Shown: positions 28,415 to 42,526, numbered from the stretch's first letter. The stretch: DNA of 64,000 bases from Octopus vulgaris (GCA_951406725.2 OX597823.1:74958001-75022000), one strand, 5' to 3'. Notes: generated by a model from the sequence alone, not told the origin. Made by a program: numbers and translations.

Positions 28415-29264
28415 ATGGGTATTATATATATATGTATATTATAAATGTACATATATACAGACGAGCGACTGCACACACACACACACGCACTCACACACAC
28501 AAACACACACGCACACACAAACACACATATATAAACACACACACTCACACTCACACACATATACACAAGCACACATACATACACACATACACACACACAC
28601 ACACATATATATATACACGTCTGCGTGTAATCGAGTCCCTTTATGCGTAGGCATATATATATATTTATTAAATATATTAGACATATACTCGTGTAAATAG
28701 AGACGTCCAAAGGTAGCGCGATAATTACAAAAGTGTAATTGACTCAGCATTTCTATGTGCAAACATGGCCTAGTTATTACAAAAGCGTTTAAATATATTC
28801 AGACATATTAACTCATATTTACGCTCCGTTGTCTTTTCAACATCAATGATCAAGCAATCAATTCACAGTATATTGGACGAAACAATAACGCATATACACG
28901 TCTTGTGTGCCGTGACACAGAGACATATTCGCACCCTCATATACATGCTATTTGCAACCGATTTCACAGGCCTTCGTGTCCGTATAAGGGATATATTTAG
29001 TGAATCAAACATTAATTCATACGAAGTCATCCGTATACAAGCACGCATATATTCAAATTTGTGCAAAAGAAATATATTAATTCAGTACACATATCTCTCT
29101 CTCAAGGTTCATACACACAGACGCACACGTACACGCACACATATACTCAAACACAAACACATGCACACGCACATATGCATATATGTATATGTATATATAT
29201 GCTTACACGCATTCCCTCACACATGTAAATATGTATATATATACACACACATATATATATATAT

Positions 29265-29712
29265 TACAAAATTACGAGGAATGACCACTAAATTGGACAT
29301 TCTATATGCTAAACATAGACGTTCAATCGTCATTACCACGAAGAATGTGTTCTCAAGAGAAAAGAAAAACTCAGCAAAACGCCAAAATGTAAAAAATGTG
29401 CAAGACAAATGAAAACATACGAAATAAATACGATTACCTACGTACCATTGGTTTCACCTATTGGTTTCTACGCGTGTAAATGTCTGCAAGATCATCAGCG
29501 TAGTCTGTCGCTAACAAAACACAATTTCCAGAACTAGATACAGAAATCTGAACCGAAATCGAAAATGTATAAAGTTCTACAATTTGTATTTGGGTGTATT
29601 CTTTCAAATGCGTTCACTTTGGAGCGCTGAGGCCGGAAATTACTCTGCAGCCAATACATTTCAGTAGCCAATTTACCGGTTGGAGAATACTTTTTTCTAT
29701 TTAAAATAGAAT
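29265..29712 (-). mobile_element. (TA)n-adjacent HHR-bearing interspersed repeat, copy 1
   Basis: Aligns by eye with 38020-38458; begins right at the edge of a TA tract. Confidence 0.8.
29438..29503 (-). ncRNA. Type I hammerhead ribozyme
   Basis: Minus strand: ctacg-CTGATGA-tcttg...taggt-GAAA-ccaatgg-TA-cgtag; 5-bp stem I, near-palindromic ACCAATGGT stem III, GUA site; stem II weakened. Confidence 0.7.
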
Positions 29713-30112
29713 TATTATTTAATTATTATTAAATTCAATTATTATTGAAACGAGTTGCTTTCCTTGCTGGACTCTGATAATTTAAAAAAAAAAAAATGTT
29801 ATCCTTATATTAGAAGAAAAGTTATTATCATTCACTTCGGGACTCGTAACTACTCTACATGTGTTTCCAGACAGACTACCCGTGTATTGAAGCTTGCCAC
29901 TGAATTTCTGTTGGATATACTTGGGACACTTAAATATATATATATATATACCAGATAAGCCACCCATAATTGGATACAACTCACCCAACAAGAACTCACT
30001 ACTTGAACAAAACTTGACTTAAACAGGATTCGAATAATCCTCTCTGGTGTTGCTATTAAGTTAGACATGGCCTGGGTCAATCTTTGGTCGAAACGTATCT
30101 AAGTTATCTAAG

Positions 30113-30348
<236 letters not shown>

Positions 30349-30601
30349 GTATCTGTCATACGTTATTTTTTCTGTGAAGACACTTCTCCTTAGGACGATG
30401 CTCAGACAGGCTAATCATTAAAAACTGCACAAATCATGTCTGCCAAATACTAGAGTATTTAAAGTCATTAAATGGCAATATTTTGTTTCTAGAAATACAT
30501 TTACATAATTGACTGTGTCGCTTACATTTTTTTTATATGTGTTTATAGGCCTCCATGAGATTCCGTGTGAGTGTAGGTGTGTGCGTATATATACATGTGT
30601 T

Positions 30602-30666
<65 letters not shown>

Positions 30667-30844
30667 GTGATCGTGTGTGCGTGTTTGTGTGTGATAGGAA
30701 ACTAGGAAACACTCACGTATTATATATATTAGTAAATCTGTGATTATCATATGATTTCATTCCATAATATTTTGCATAACATTTATTTTGGGATAATAAA
30801 CGTTTTGACGTAGTGTCACGTGGGAATGAATATTCATATTTAGT

Positions 30845-31007
30845 TGCAGGAGTGGCTGTGTGGTAAGTAGCTTGTTAACCAACCACATGATTCCGGGTTC
30901 AGTCCCACTGCGTGGCGACTTGGGCAATTGTCTTCTACTATAGCCCCGGGCCGACCAATGCCTTGTGAGTGGATTTGATAGACGGAAACTGAAAGAAGCC
31001 TATCATA

Positions 31008-31096
<89 letters not shown>

Positions 31097-31303
31097 GTGT
31101 TTGTGTGTGTGTGTTTATCCCCCTAGCATTGCTGGTGTGTTTACGTCCCCGTCACTTAGCGGTTCGGCAAAAGAGACCGATAGAATAAGTACTGGGCTTA
31201 CAAAGAATATGTCCCGGGGTCGATTTGCTCGACTAAAGGCGGTGCTCCAGCATGGTCGCAGTCAAATGACTGAAACAAGTAAAAGAGTAAAAGAGAGTAA
31301 AGA
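30845..31303 (+). mobile_element. SINE family A with expanded internal (TA)n(TG)n
   Basis: Homologous to 2983-3403. Confidence 0.85.
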
Positions 31304-31479
31304 GCTGCCAAAAGCCTCATCGATAATACTAATATAATACTAAATATTGTAAAATAACAATCTTATTTAAAACTGATACATACATACATACATATATACT
31401 TACACACACGCACACACACACACACACCGACACAGACACACAGACACAAACACACACAGACATACATACACACACACAA

Positions 31480-31531
<52 letters not shown>

Positions 31532-31534
<3 letters not shown>

Positions 31535-31892
31535 CGTTGGACAAAATAATGGAAACATCTTAATATTTCAAACAAACTTATTTGAAAATGGTGTAGGACC
31601 GCAGCAATTACTGCTTGAATTCCATGAGGTGTGGAATCGTACAAACTTCCAATTGTTCCAAAGAAATTTTTGTCCAATCTTCAGCTAAAACAGTCTCCAG
31701 TTCTTGTAGCGATGATGGTGGATGATATCAACTCCTTTAGTGGCCAGATAAGGTGTTCATCTTCACTAGAATGTTCCTCGTGCCATTCATTAACAACTTT
31801 AACTGTGTGAAGAGCTAAACAAATTTAGCACTGTGAATTGGCGCATTATCATCCTGAAAGTTTGCGTTTCCCTCAGGAAATAGTTCCGCAAT
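31532..31892 (-). mobile_element. Tc1 transposon 3' fragment
   Basis: TIR-like ggcgttggacaaaataatggaaaca; minus strand NFQDDNAPIH, LIWP and LYDSTPHGIQAVIAA. Confidence 0.7.
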
Positions 31893-31984
31893 ACAAATAT
31901 TACAGACATCCCCCCCACACACACACACTTAAAAAGTAGACGCACTTAGAGATATAAGCATGCGCAAATGAATATATACAATAG

Positions 31985-32198
31985 AAATACAAAATGGCTG
32001 ACGGTTAGTAAGGAGAGACACAAATAAGAAAGAAGAAAACAAACGACCACTGATGCGGTCACAGGAGTGTGACGAAAGAACTCTGGCCGACATAAGATTA
32101 AGATTAATGTAAAAAATAAATAACACTGAAGCAAAGTAACACCAAATATATAGTGTGTTTTTATTGGCTAAACTGGCAAAATGACTATTCCGAAATAT

Positions 32199-32205
<7 letters not shown>
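31985..32205 (+). mobile_element. Monomer of the element that forms the 39.1-39.6 kb palindrome; 3' end in (TA)n
   Basis: caaaatggctgacggttagtaagg...ttccgaaatataacaata nearly identical to 39367-39585. Confidence 0.85.
32044..32089 (+). ncRNA. Variant hammerhead-like motif (CUGAUGCG core)
   Basis: cgacca-CTGATGCG-gtcac aggagt gtgac-GAAA-gaac-TC-tggccg: 5-bp stem II, stem I with one mismatch, A9C plus one extra nucleotide. Confidence 0.55.
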
Positions 32206-32274
<69 letters not shown>

Positions 32275-32296
32275 CTATATATATGGACACACACAA

Positions 32297-32347
<51 letters not shown>

Positions 32348-33978
32348 AATATATATATATGAAATCGTAGAGTCCAATAAAGATGATCTTATAATATTTC
32401 TTCTCTAGTGCAACAGAATAGAATTTCCACACTTGTGTTATGTTCTTTAGATGACCAGACAACTAGGAAATAACGAAGATAAAACAAACTAATTACAAGA
32501 TTCAAAGTAATTTTACCGAACTGCTCTAAGAGTCTTTTCGAATGCATCTAGAGAGAACACAAGAGTATCTCTCAGCTGGCTGCATTTTTTAAATGCTGAA
32601 ACGGACAATTTATCTGAAGAACACAACATCATGTATTCCAATTTATTTTACCTTCTTTAACAAATTAGTTTATATAGACAGTGTTCACAACTTAACAATA
32701 CGTTATTATTGCCGACACTAACTGCATTACATCCCCGTTAGACACAAGCTTCAGAGCTAGTGGGCGATTGATCATTAGTTTTCCTTACATAATTTCGTGA
32801 TGGTTAGAGTTGTTTAGCTTCAGAAATATTATGATACATGTTACCTACATGAGTAGGTCTTCTTGTTCGCTCTGCCAGGTCAGTTATTCAGACATAATAC
32901 CCCAACTTATTGGATAATTTAAGTTGAGTTGGAGAAAATATATTCCAATGACATATTTCAATAAGTCGAAGTGAAGACCATTGATATGACATTGTGGATT
33001 TAATGTATAAAAAGCATCTAGCAAAGACAATAAATGATACCTTTATCTCTACACGTTCATATACACACGTGAATTTTATAGTATCTTACAAAGGAAAAAT
33101 TGTTATTTAGACCTTGAATTTTCTCCCTTTGTAAGATGATTCCAGTTTTGACACATACGGTGATCAATCTGAACGACTGCAGCATTTCTGCAGTATTCCT
33201 GCATTGATATCTAAACTACTATTACGGCGTAGCTACACTGATAAAGCCATACTGTTTCTTTTGCTGCTGCTACTGCTGTTGATAGTGTGAGAAATAGCTT
33301 ATCAAACATTCAATCTAGAAGTAATCGAAGTGTTATCGATTGCGAAATATACACAATTAAAGCTGGGTGCTTCTGGCTTATACACATACAGCCGCGTACC
33401 GGTATAGAAGGAGTTATGAATAACATAGCGTATAGAAACACAATGAATGCAAAAATACATAGCCGACAGTTTTATAGCGTATGTATAAACAAATTGTTTA
33501 CATACATATTTCAAAGTTGCACACCAAGTGAAATACAGACGAACCAAACAAGCGAAAATATAGACATGGATGTACATACAGAAACCGACATCCGCACAAA
33601 CACACATGCACACACGCACATACACACACACGTAGGTGTTTAACCTTCGACTGCGGCACACTTTTGAAGTGTTTCGTCGATCCCATACAGTAATTAGTAA
33701 TCCAGCAGGTGTCGGATTGCGAGAAATTAACAATAACAATAAGAGATAAATACGCAAAAACACATTGTTTACACACACTCACACAAATCACACACACATA
33801 TATATGTATATGCGCGTGTGTATAAATATACGTATATTAATATACATATATATGCATATATATATGTAAATATATATATATTAATATACATATATGTATA
33901 TAAATATATATATATATTTATATATATATATATATATATAAATATATATATATGTATATATGTACATGTATATATATG

Positions 33979-34016
<38 letters not shown>

Positions 34017-34017
34017 G

Positions 34018-34048
<31 letters not shown>

Positions 34049-34671
34049 CATGTATACAGTATACATACATACAGACAGACAGACAGAAAGCTAAATAGAT
34101 AGATATATTGATATATAGATAGACAGATAGTTATGTATTTATATAGATAGACAGCGACACAGTTACACAGGAAAACCCACATACACAATACACCGACACA
34201 CATATATTTGCTAGATGATTCACAAATAAAAGAAAGCAGCAATGAACATATTTGGATGTAGTTCTTCACAATTACTACCAGATTAGCCCACTTTTGTTTA
34301 AAAGTATTGAAGGTGTCAAGTCAGAAAGAAGCCAATAATTCTGTTAAATGACTCCTTTCCTGAGAATATTTGTACGTCATTTTCTATGTGCTTGTGTGTG
34401 AATATTTGTTCTTGTGTTAGTCCAGACATGTATATAGATGTATCTATCTATAAATTCTCATTGACACGTACGTGTTATTATTTTCACTCCATCAACTTCA
34501 CAAAATCTGTGAATGAGTTCGAATGCAAGGCTGCCGAGTTGGTAGCTTAAGTTTAATTGGAGAGAGTGTGTTTACAATATTTTCCTACGCACACAAACTC
34601 ACACTGAACTGCAAGGGATGTATACTGTATACATGTACACACACACACACACACACATATATATCTATACA

Positions 34672-34717
<46 letters not shown>

Positions 34718-34817
34718 TGTACATATATACATATATATATATTTATATATATATATATACATATGTGTGTGTGAGTGTGTATGTGTGTGAGTGTGTGTGT
34801 GAGAGAGTGTATGTATA

Positions 34818-34849
<32 letters not shown>

Positions 34850-34893
34850 CATATATATGTATATATATACATATTCATATATGCATATATATT

Positions 34894-34924
<31 letters not shown>

Positions 34925-34999
34925 TCAGCAAAAATTAAGATTCAAATGAATATGGTACTTAATTTAGATGCACCATAAAAATCCGTGGGGTGATTATAA

Positions 35000-35551
35000 T
35001 CAAAATAAGCAACAAGAATGACTCCGGTAATCTTGGTACGATCCTTTCGTAGTACAACATTATTTTATTAAATGTTGTAAGTAACCTTTTGACTTTGACC
35101 TAGTTCTCCTAATGCTGAATCTGTTCATCAAATCGTAGTAATTGGCATTTGGTTGTGACAATGCTGTCTTCTACATAAATTCCTTATATGGAGCTATGAC
35201 ATCTCCTTTACCCCATTTCTATAATTAGAAAATCTTTATTGTCTCTTTTCATTTGTCTCCCCTCTCAGAACATTACAGTAGTCTGGAACAATTGAATCTT
35301 AGTCAGTCAGTTGATGGACTCCACTACCTCAAATTTTCTTAAAATATAAATCCACATCTTTGTCTATGTATCTACCTTTTCTATAATGTTGCCACTTGAT
35401 ACGAAAATTGTTGTATTAACGGGAAACCTCTATAATTGGCTAATGAGTGCTCAGCATTTTAAAACTGTTGTAATACTTACAGCATTTAATAAAATGATGT
35501 AGTACGAAACGATCGTATCAAAATTACCGGAGTCATTCTTGTTGCTTATTT

Positions 35552-35553
<2 letters not shown>
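35000..35553. mobile_element. Element with ~85-bp terminal inverted repeats between (TA)n tracts; same family as the 50671 element
   Basis: caaaataagcaacaagaatgactccggtaat..ggtacgatc.tttcgta (35001-35085) is the reverse complement of 35475-35553. Confidence 0.8.
35436..35522 (+). ncRNA. Hammerhead ribozyme with long stem II, G5A core mutation (probably inactive)
   Basis: ttgg-CTAATGA-gtgct cagcatttta...taaaatgatgt agtac-GAAA-cgatcg-TA-tcaa; palindromic ACGATCGT stem III. Confidence 0.7.
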
Positions 35554-35598
<45 letters not shown>

Positions 35599-37582
35599 GT
35601 ATGTATATGTCTATATGTATATTCACACACACTAACATTTACACGCATACATACACACACACGTATGTCTATCTATCTATCTATCTATTGATATACATAC
35701 ACACACATATATGTGTGCGCGCGCGTGTGTGCACGTGAGTGCGTGCGTGTATACACATGAACGCACATGTATAAAAGCTTACATGCACAGATACAGGCAG
35801 AGATAATGAGAAGGAAATGCAGAGTGTTGTAGATAGTTAGATAAGTAGATGGCTATATAGATAGATTTATACAAGCACAGCCCCTACAATTGCATAATGA
35901 ACTGTACTTATTATACAAAGTACCGGTAATTTGTCATTATTTACGCAATGAAATACGACACTATATCGAGTTTTAGATGCTTTAGGATTACCACTAGGAA
36001 TATAACCACCCATTTTAGAGTTATGAATTTTGTTTTATGAAAAATTAAAGAGCTTTATAACTCAATAGAATATTAAATTTGTGCCCATTGTTTTTGGTAA
36101 ATGATAATTTTTTTATGCAATGGCTGATAACTGCTAAAATCTAGTATGTTGGACAAACACATGATCAGTTTTGATGTTCCTCTTATTGTATTGAAATTCG
36201 TTTGGATAAAAACTGCAGTGCAGATATAAAAATCAAGAAATGATGGAACTCATGCTCGGGCCTAATTATTAACAAATACGTGTTTGCATGTGCTTTTGAG
36301 TGAGTACTTAAATTTTAACTAAATAGGTACATGTAAAGACAAACATGAAGTTTTAATGCATGATCAGGCAAAAATACCACACACACACTCACACATGTGT
36401 AGACATGCAGATATAGAAATACAGAGATTTGGACATAACAATACAAATTTGAAAGATGCATACTGGTATTAGTGAAGGGCTTACTTGTAGTTCAAACAAC
36501 ACAAATGCGCTTGCGTATGAAACGTGGATATTGCTGCGTTACTAGACGTGTGTCAAACTAGAGTAGGTTAAAGTTATCTTGTACAGCAGAAATATATATT
36601 CGATACTTGATGTGAGACTCAATATATATTACATGCTAAATAGGAATACTTTTGTCGGAAAGGCAAAGGAAGCAGTATTTGAAATCTCAGTTGTAGAAAT
36701 GCTACGTAATTTGATACTGTTATCTACAAAAATACTATGCGATTGTGACCTTTCATATTCTGAAACGTGAGTCTTTTTTTTTTGTCCATTATCTTCCGCA
36801 GAGATTTCTATATGGGTGAATGTACTAGAAAAAATCGCGTTCAAATTCATTCGAATGAAGCCTTGAAATGAGTGTCAAGGATGAGTGCACGGCTATAGAA
36901 CAAAATTTAAATCTGCATGTGTCGGATATGTTTTTCAGGAAGAGTCTTCTGTTAATTGGATACTGATGTGAAGTGTGACCGGATTTGCAATCTGTATAGT
37001 CATTTTTCGTTTATTTTTAGATAAAATTTGCAAAACTATAGATAGTACATTGAAAGAAATCTGTGAATTTTGCAAGTAATTGTGCGAATGCAGGAAATAT
37101 TTTAGTATCATCTTATTATGAGTATGTAATGCTTGGCTATGCGAACAGTTACATGGAGTGTTAAAATGGAATTTAGCAAACGTATTTTTTACTGCTCATA
37201 CTATTTGTCTTGTTTATATGTTCATAGTGATTTGTATGTTACCTTCTTAAAAATCCATCAACTTTAATTTGCTCTAATAAATATGTACGTTGATAAATCG
37301 TGTATCTATCTATCTATCTACCTATCTATCAGTCTAGTCATCAATATCCCATATATACATTGTATATGTGTATGTATTTGGATATGTATGTATATATATA
37401 TATATGTGTGTGTGTATGTATGCATGTATATGTATTTCTTCAATGTTTAAAATAACACAGAAGAAAAATAATTAGCAGGGTAGCAAAAATTCACATAAGT
37501 ACCAAGGATGTAACACCCTTTTTATAAAGATAGAATTTCCAGGCTTTGGTGAAATGATTTTATATGACATAGAGAAATAAAT

Positions 37583-37942
37583 AAATGGAGTTAAACGGAG
37601 GTGTTATTAAAATCCTTATACTTCCAACATATATTTCGAACCAGACATTGGTATTATTCCAGAAGGAATAAAATGATGTAAAACAATGCAATCTTTTCAT
37701 CAGGGTAAAAAAGAGAATCAAAATGCACGGATAAGACATATTAACCAAATATGATTATTGATGCACTAATGATATTCGGTTAAAATGTCTTATCGATGCA
37801 TTTTGTTTCTCTTATTTTCCTCTGATGGGAAGATTGCATTGTTTTACATCATTTTATTCCTTCTGGAATAATGCCAATGTTTTCTTTGGAACATACGTCG
37901 GAAGTATAAAGATTTGAACAGCACCCTAGTTTAACTCCATTT
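37583..37942. mobile_element. Head-to-head inverted element (~130-bp arms) ending in (TA)n, with two decayed hammerheads
   Basis: 37583-37715 is the reverse complement of 37810-37942. Minus arm: CTGATGA...GAAAtatatgTTggaa. Plus arm: ttcctCTGATGG...GGAAcatacgTCggaa. The consensus rebuilds CTGATGA..GAAACATATGTC. Confidence 0.7.
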
Positions 37943-37955
37943 ATATATATATATG

Positions 37956-38019
<64 letters not shown>

Positions 38020-38025
<6 letters not shown>

Positions 38026-38610
38026 ATTAAGAGGAATGTCCACCAAAATGGACGCCCTATATGCTGAACATAGACATCAAATCGCAATCACCTCGAATAA
38101 TGTGTTCCAAAATAGAAATCTCAGCAAAATGCGAAAATGTAAAAATGAGCAAAACAAACGGAAACGTACGAAATAAAAACGATTACCTACGTACCATTGG
38201 TTTCACCTGTTAATATCTATGTATATAAACATGAAGATATCTGCAAGATCGCGAGCGTTATCTGTCGCTTACAAAACAAAACTTCCAGAACTAGATACAG
38301 AACCCTCAACAGAAATGGAGCATGTATAAAGTTCTACATTTATTTGGGTTTATTTTTTCCAAATGCCTTCACTCTGGCGCTTTGCGACTGGAAATTACTC
38401 TGCATTGAATAAATTTCAGAGGCAATTTACCGGTTAGAGAATATTTTTTATTTAAAAGTAAAAACGGTAGATATTGATGTTAATCAATAAAAACCAGTGG
38501 CTTAGCATATTTCAAAGTCCGAAGATTATAAACTGTTACGCACAAAATTAAGAGGGATGACCATCAAAGTGGACACCCTATATGCTAGACATAGACGTTA
38601 ATTGGCTATT
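38020..38610 (-). mobile_element. (TA)n-adjacent HHR-bearing repeat, copy 2, with partial tandem re-start at 38540
   Basis: Homologous to 29265-29712; HHR at 38187-38260 has a decayed core (CTCGCGA) but identical GAAACCAATGGTAcgtagg. Confidence 0.75.
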
Positions 38611-38657
38611 AACACGTGGTTTTATTAATAAATGAATAAATAAATAAATATATATAC

Positions 38658-39005
38658 TTTGGCATCGAGAGGTACACAAATGCCAGAACTGGGCGCCACT
38701 GCATAGTGCCAAGGACTCCAAATTTGCCATCAAGATTTAGGCCCACAGCTCTTCAATATCCTCCCGAAGAACTTAAGAGACATGCATGGGGTTGATGCAG
38801 ATGTCTTTAAAATGAAACTGGATCTCTTCTCGTCAGGTGTCCAAGATGAACCAGCTTCACGGCAGGAGGTGCAGATGAGGGCAGCTGTATCGAACTCTCT
38901 CATGCACCAGATGTCATTTGCTAAAAAGCATTCGTGAAGTAAAATCATGTAGCAACACCAAATGGTGGTGCCCCAGCATGGCCATAGCTTGTGAGCTGAA
39001 ACCAA
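38658..39005 (+). mobile_element. CR1-group LINE 3' end
   Basis: GPQLFNILPKNLRDMHGVDADVFKMKLDLF..GVQDEP C-terminus, then tail ggtgccccagcatggcc shared with SINE family A. Confidence 0.75.
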
Positions 39006-39019
39006 ATGTAATTAAAAAA

Positions 39020-39091
<72 letters not shown>

Positions 39092-39145
39092 GTTTAAATA
39101 TTTGTTGTGCAAGATTTTTTATGTGAAGTCGTGTGTTGAAACAGA

Positions 39146-39579
39146 TATTGTTATATTTCGGAATGGTCATATTGCCAGTTTAGCCAATAAAAACACACGC
39201 ACTATATATTTGGTGTTATTTTGCTTCAGTGATATTTATTTTTTACATTAATCTTAATCTTATTTCGGCCAAAGTTCTTTCGTCACACTCCTGTGACCGC
39301 ATCAGTGGTCCGTTGTTTTCTTCTTACTTATTTGTGTCTCTCCTTACTACCCGTCAGCCATTTTGACAAAATGGCTGACGGTTAGTAAGGAGAGACACAA
39401 GTAAGTGAGAAGAAAACAAAGGACCACTGATGCGGTCACAGGAGTGTGACGAAAGAACTTTGGCCGAAATAAGATTAAGATTAATGTAAAAAATAAATAT
39501 CACTGAAGCAAAATAACACCAAATATATAGTGCGTGTGTTTTTATTGGCTAAACTGGCAATATGACCATTCCGAAATAT

Positions 39580-39586
<7 letters not shown>
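39146..39586. mobile_element. Near-perfect 440-bp palindrome (head-to-head dimer) between (TA)n tracts
   Basis: Centre cagccattttg-a-caaaatggctg at 39366; arms carry variant HHR motifs at 39267-39311 (-) and 39421-39465 (+). Confidence 0.9.
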
Positions 39587-39620
<34 letters not shown>

Positions 39621-39624
<4 letters not shown>

Positions 39625-39795
39625 GTCAGACTCATGATCGTAAGATTGAGGTTTCGATTCCTGGACCGGCGGCGCGTCGTGTTCTTGAGCAAAACACTTC
39701 GTTTCGCGTTGCTCCTGTCCACTGAGCTGACAAAAATGAGTAACGCTGCAATGGAATGGCGTCCCGTCCAGCTGAGTAACAAATACGCCATTGAA
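39621..39795 (+). mobile_element. SINE family C, 5'-truncated
   Basis: Homologous to 6513-6690. Confidence 0.8.
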
Positions 39796-40868
39796 AATAA
39801 AATTTAAAATTAATAACAAATATGTATTTCGAACAAATACTGAAGTTGTACCATATTACTACGGTCAACCAAAAACTAATTGGAGTGGGTAAAGGGAAAA
39901 CATTCAAAATACTGAATTTGTATTCAAACCTGCATATTTCACGACGTTGTGCTTCGCAAAATATAGTAAAATACATCTCAAAGGCAAGTTCAATAACAGA
40001 TACTATATTTGTGGCCATCTGTTCAATTTAAATTACATAACAAAAGCATTGGTTGAACATATAAGAAAAAAATTATTCTCTTGATAGTTTTGCTACCAAC
40101 AGTACACTCCGAAAAACAAAAGAAAAACAACATAGCTATCTTTACTCTTATTAAGTTAGTATAAGATAATTGTCGCAGCAGTGTTTTCGATAGAAATGAT
40201 TGGCAGCAAGACGTGCACAGCATATATTAGAAATACTAATACAGAAAACATTGAGTGAAATTTTGAATGTAACTCAACGGTGTGTGTGTGTGTGGCGGAG
40301 ACATGAGACTCTTTATGCAAATAAATCATAGATAGATTACAATCTGCCGTGCTGCTGTAAAATAGAACATCAAGACTTTGCAAGAGTGTGGAGAATATAT
40401 GTAGTGAATAATAATTCAATTTAAGAAAACATATATGCCTGTTTCAATGCAATTTTGGCAGGATATATTTTTTTCGTTTAGTGTATTCTTTAGACTTTTC
40501 TAATATAACCTTAATCAAGGACTCTCCACGTTTTAGAAATTCCAAATAGGTCGATATGCTGGGCGTCAGCCATTTCTTCCTTCAAATTCTAAAGGTGTAA
40601 AAAACTTTACCTGATAATACTAATATTTCAATAATCCGATTAACGTACTTCAATCTCACTTGTATCATCTAACTGTAGCCTAAATCAATTGCGGTTCACC
40701 CGGTTTGATTCAAAAACTATGCCGCTATACACACACACGTGCACCCACACACCCACACACATGCATACACACACACGCGCGTGCACACACACACGCAAAC
40801 ATTCACAGACACACACACATATACATATGCATACTTATATAAAAATATGTTTATATACACATTTATGC

Positions 40869-40937
<69 letters not shown>

Positions 40938-40939
40938 AT

Positions 40940-41218
40940 ATCACCCTGATCACACTGACCGACTAGACCGTCAGGCGTCCATTTAACACCACTGGTCACA
41001 GCACGATGTCCACTCCTCTCTGGATCGCGCCTTTCTCATCCACGTGATCCCAATCGTCCTCCTGAAATCGTAACTCAACCGTCGTGGTGGTTTCCGGGTG
41101 GTCTTCTCCGCTCGCGCGGATACCACTCGACAACTACGTGCGTCCACCGATTATCGGTGTGCCGGGCGACGTGTCCAGCCCATCTATACTTGCTGCGTGT
41201 ATACTATGCGATGACACC
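40940..41218 (-). mobile_element. RTE-like LINE 3' end
   Basis: Minus strand KYRWAGHVARHTDNRWTHVVVEWYPRERRRPPG motif; the tail resembles that of the SINE at 54870. Confidence 0.75.
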
Positions 41219-41220
41219 AC

Positions 41221-41264
<44 letters not shown>

Positions 41265-41293
41265 CGTACACAAACACACACACACATACATAT

Positions 41294-41326
<33 letters not shown>

Positions 41327-41345
41327 GATAGATAGATAGTTAGAA

Positions 41346-41412
<67 letters not shown>

Positions 41413-41454
41413 TAGATAGAGAGACAGATAGATAGATATATAGAAAAGGAAAGG

Positions 41455-41985
41455 AATATGAAAATGCAGGAATCTTTTAAAATTATCAACTTAATTATCA
41501 ACTTAACCGATTTCACTTAGTTAAAAAGATTTTCAAAACTAAAATTGAGATTTTCTGTATCCACGGTGGTATCAGCACTTAGTATACAAAAGTGTATTCA
41601 AGTTAAGTGTAGAGTGTTTGACAATGATTTTTGACAAGTTTGCTGCTTTGTGTATGCCCTGTGATGAGTCCAAAACTTATTTACATAAAAGCATTCAGAT
41701 GAGGGAATAAATTATTTTTATAATAAGAAGAAAACATTGGTTTACATGAGTATATCTCGAACAAGTAATTGAGTCTTCTTGTCAAAGACTCTAGAATATG
41801 TGTATCCTCAGTGATGAGTCAAGGAATATTTTACATAAAAAAGGTCAGATAACAATTTTTTTCTCGAATGAATATATCCCGATCAAGTGATATAGTCTTC
41901 TTGTGAAAGACTCTATTACTTTATAAATAGTGAAACCGGTTAAGTTAACAAATACTTTTAAAAGACTCCTGCATTTAAATATTTT
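41455..41985. mobile_element. Element with imperfect terminal inverted repeats and an internal ~150-bp direct duplication
   Basis: aaatgcaggaatcttttaaaa..aacttaaccgatttcact vs agtgaaaccggttaagtt..ttttaaaagactcctgcattt; gtgatgagtc..gtcttcttgt.aaagactcta occurs twice (41660, 41811). Confidence 0.65.
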
Positions 41986-42147
41986 TTCCGTATATTTTTA
42001 CTCATGCGGTAAATCCCAATTTTGCTTTGCGAGGATGATCCGGTTCTTGACTGAAGATTAAAGGCTTCGAATGAACCGCCCGTGTTTTTTTTTTATAGTC
42101 TATCTGGATGATTTGCGTTCTTGTCCCATTTTGTATTTCATATATAT

Positions 42148-42237
<90 letters not shown>

Positions 42238-42495
42238 AGCAGAAATGTGTTGGCACGCAAGAAAACTATACTAGAATTTATCATGGGGTTTCAAATGCAT
42301 CTGAATCAGATAACGTTTCAATTCAAAATTGAAACCGGTTTAAAATTTGAATAGATTTATTACAACATTTAGAATGAACTTCACGTTTTGCGATTCAGGT
42401 GGATTTTAGAACCCTAAAACAAATTCTCCTACATATAAGTATGTAAATATGAATATATATATATACACACGCATCTATATATACATGTATATATG

Positions 42496-42526
<31 letters not shown>

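Noticed and set aside
30061-30102. ttaga-c-atggcc...ggtc-GAAACGTA-tctaa next to the long TA run
   Set aside because: Stems I-III are plausible but the CUGANGA box is missing and would need a 5-nt deletion; not supportable without homologues
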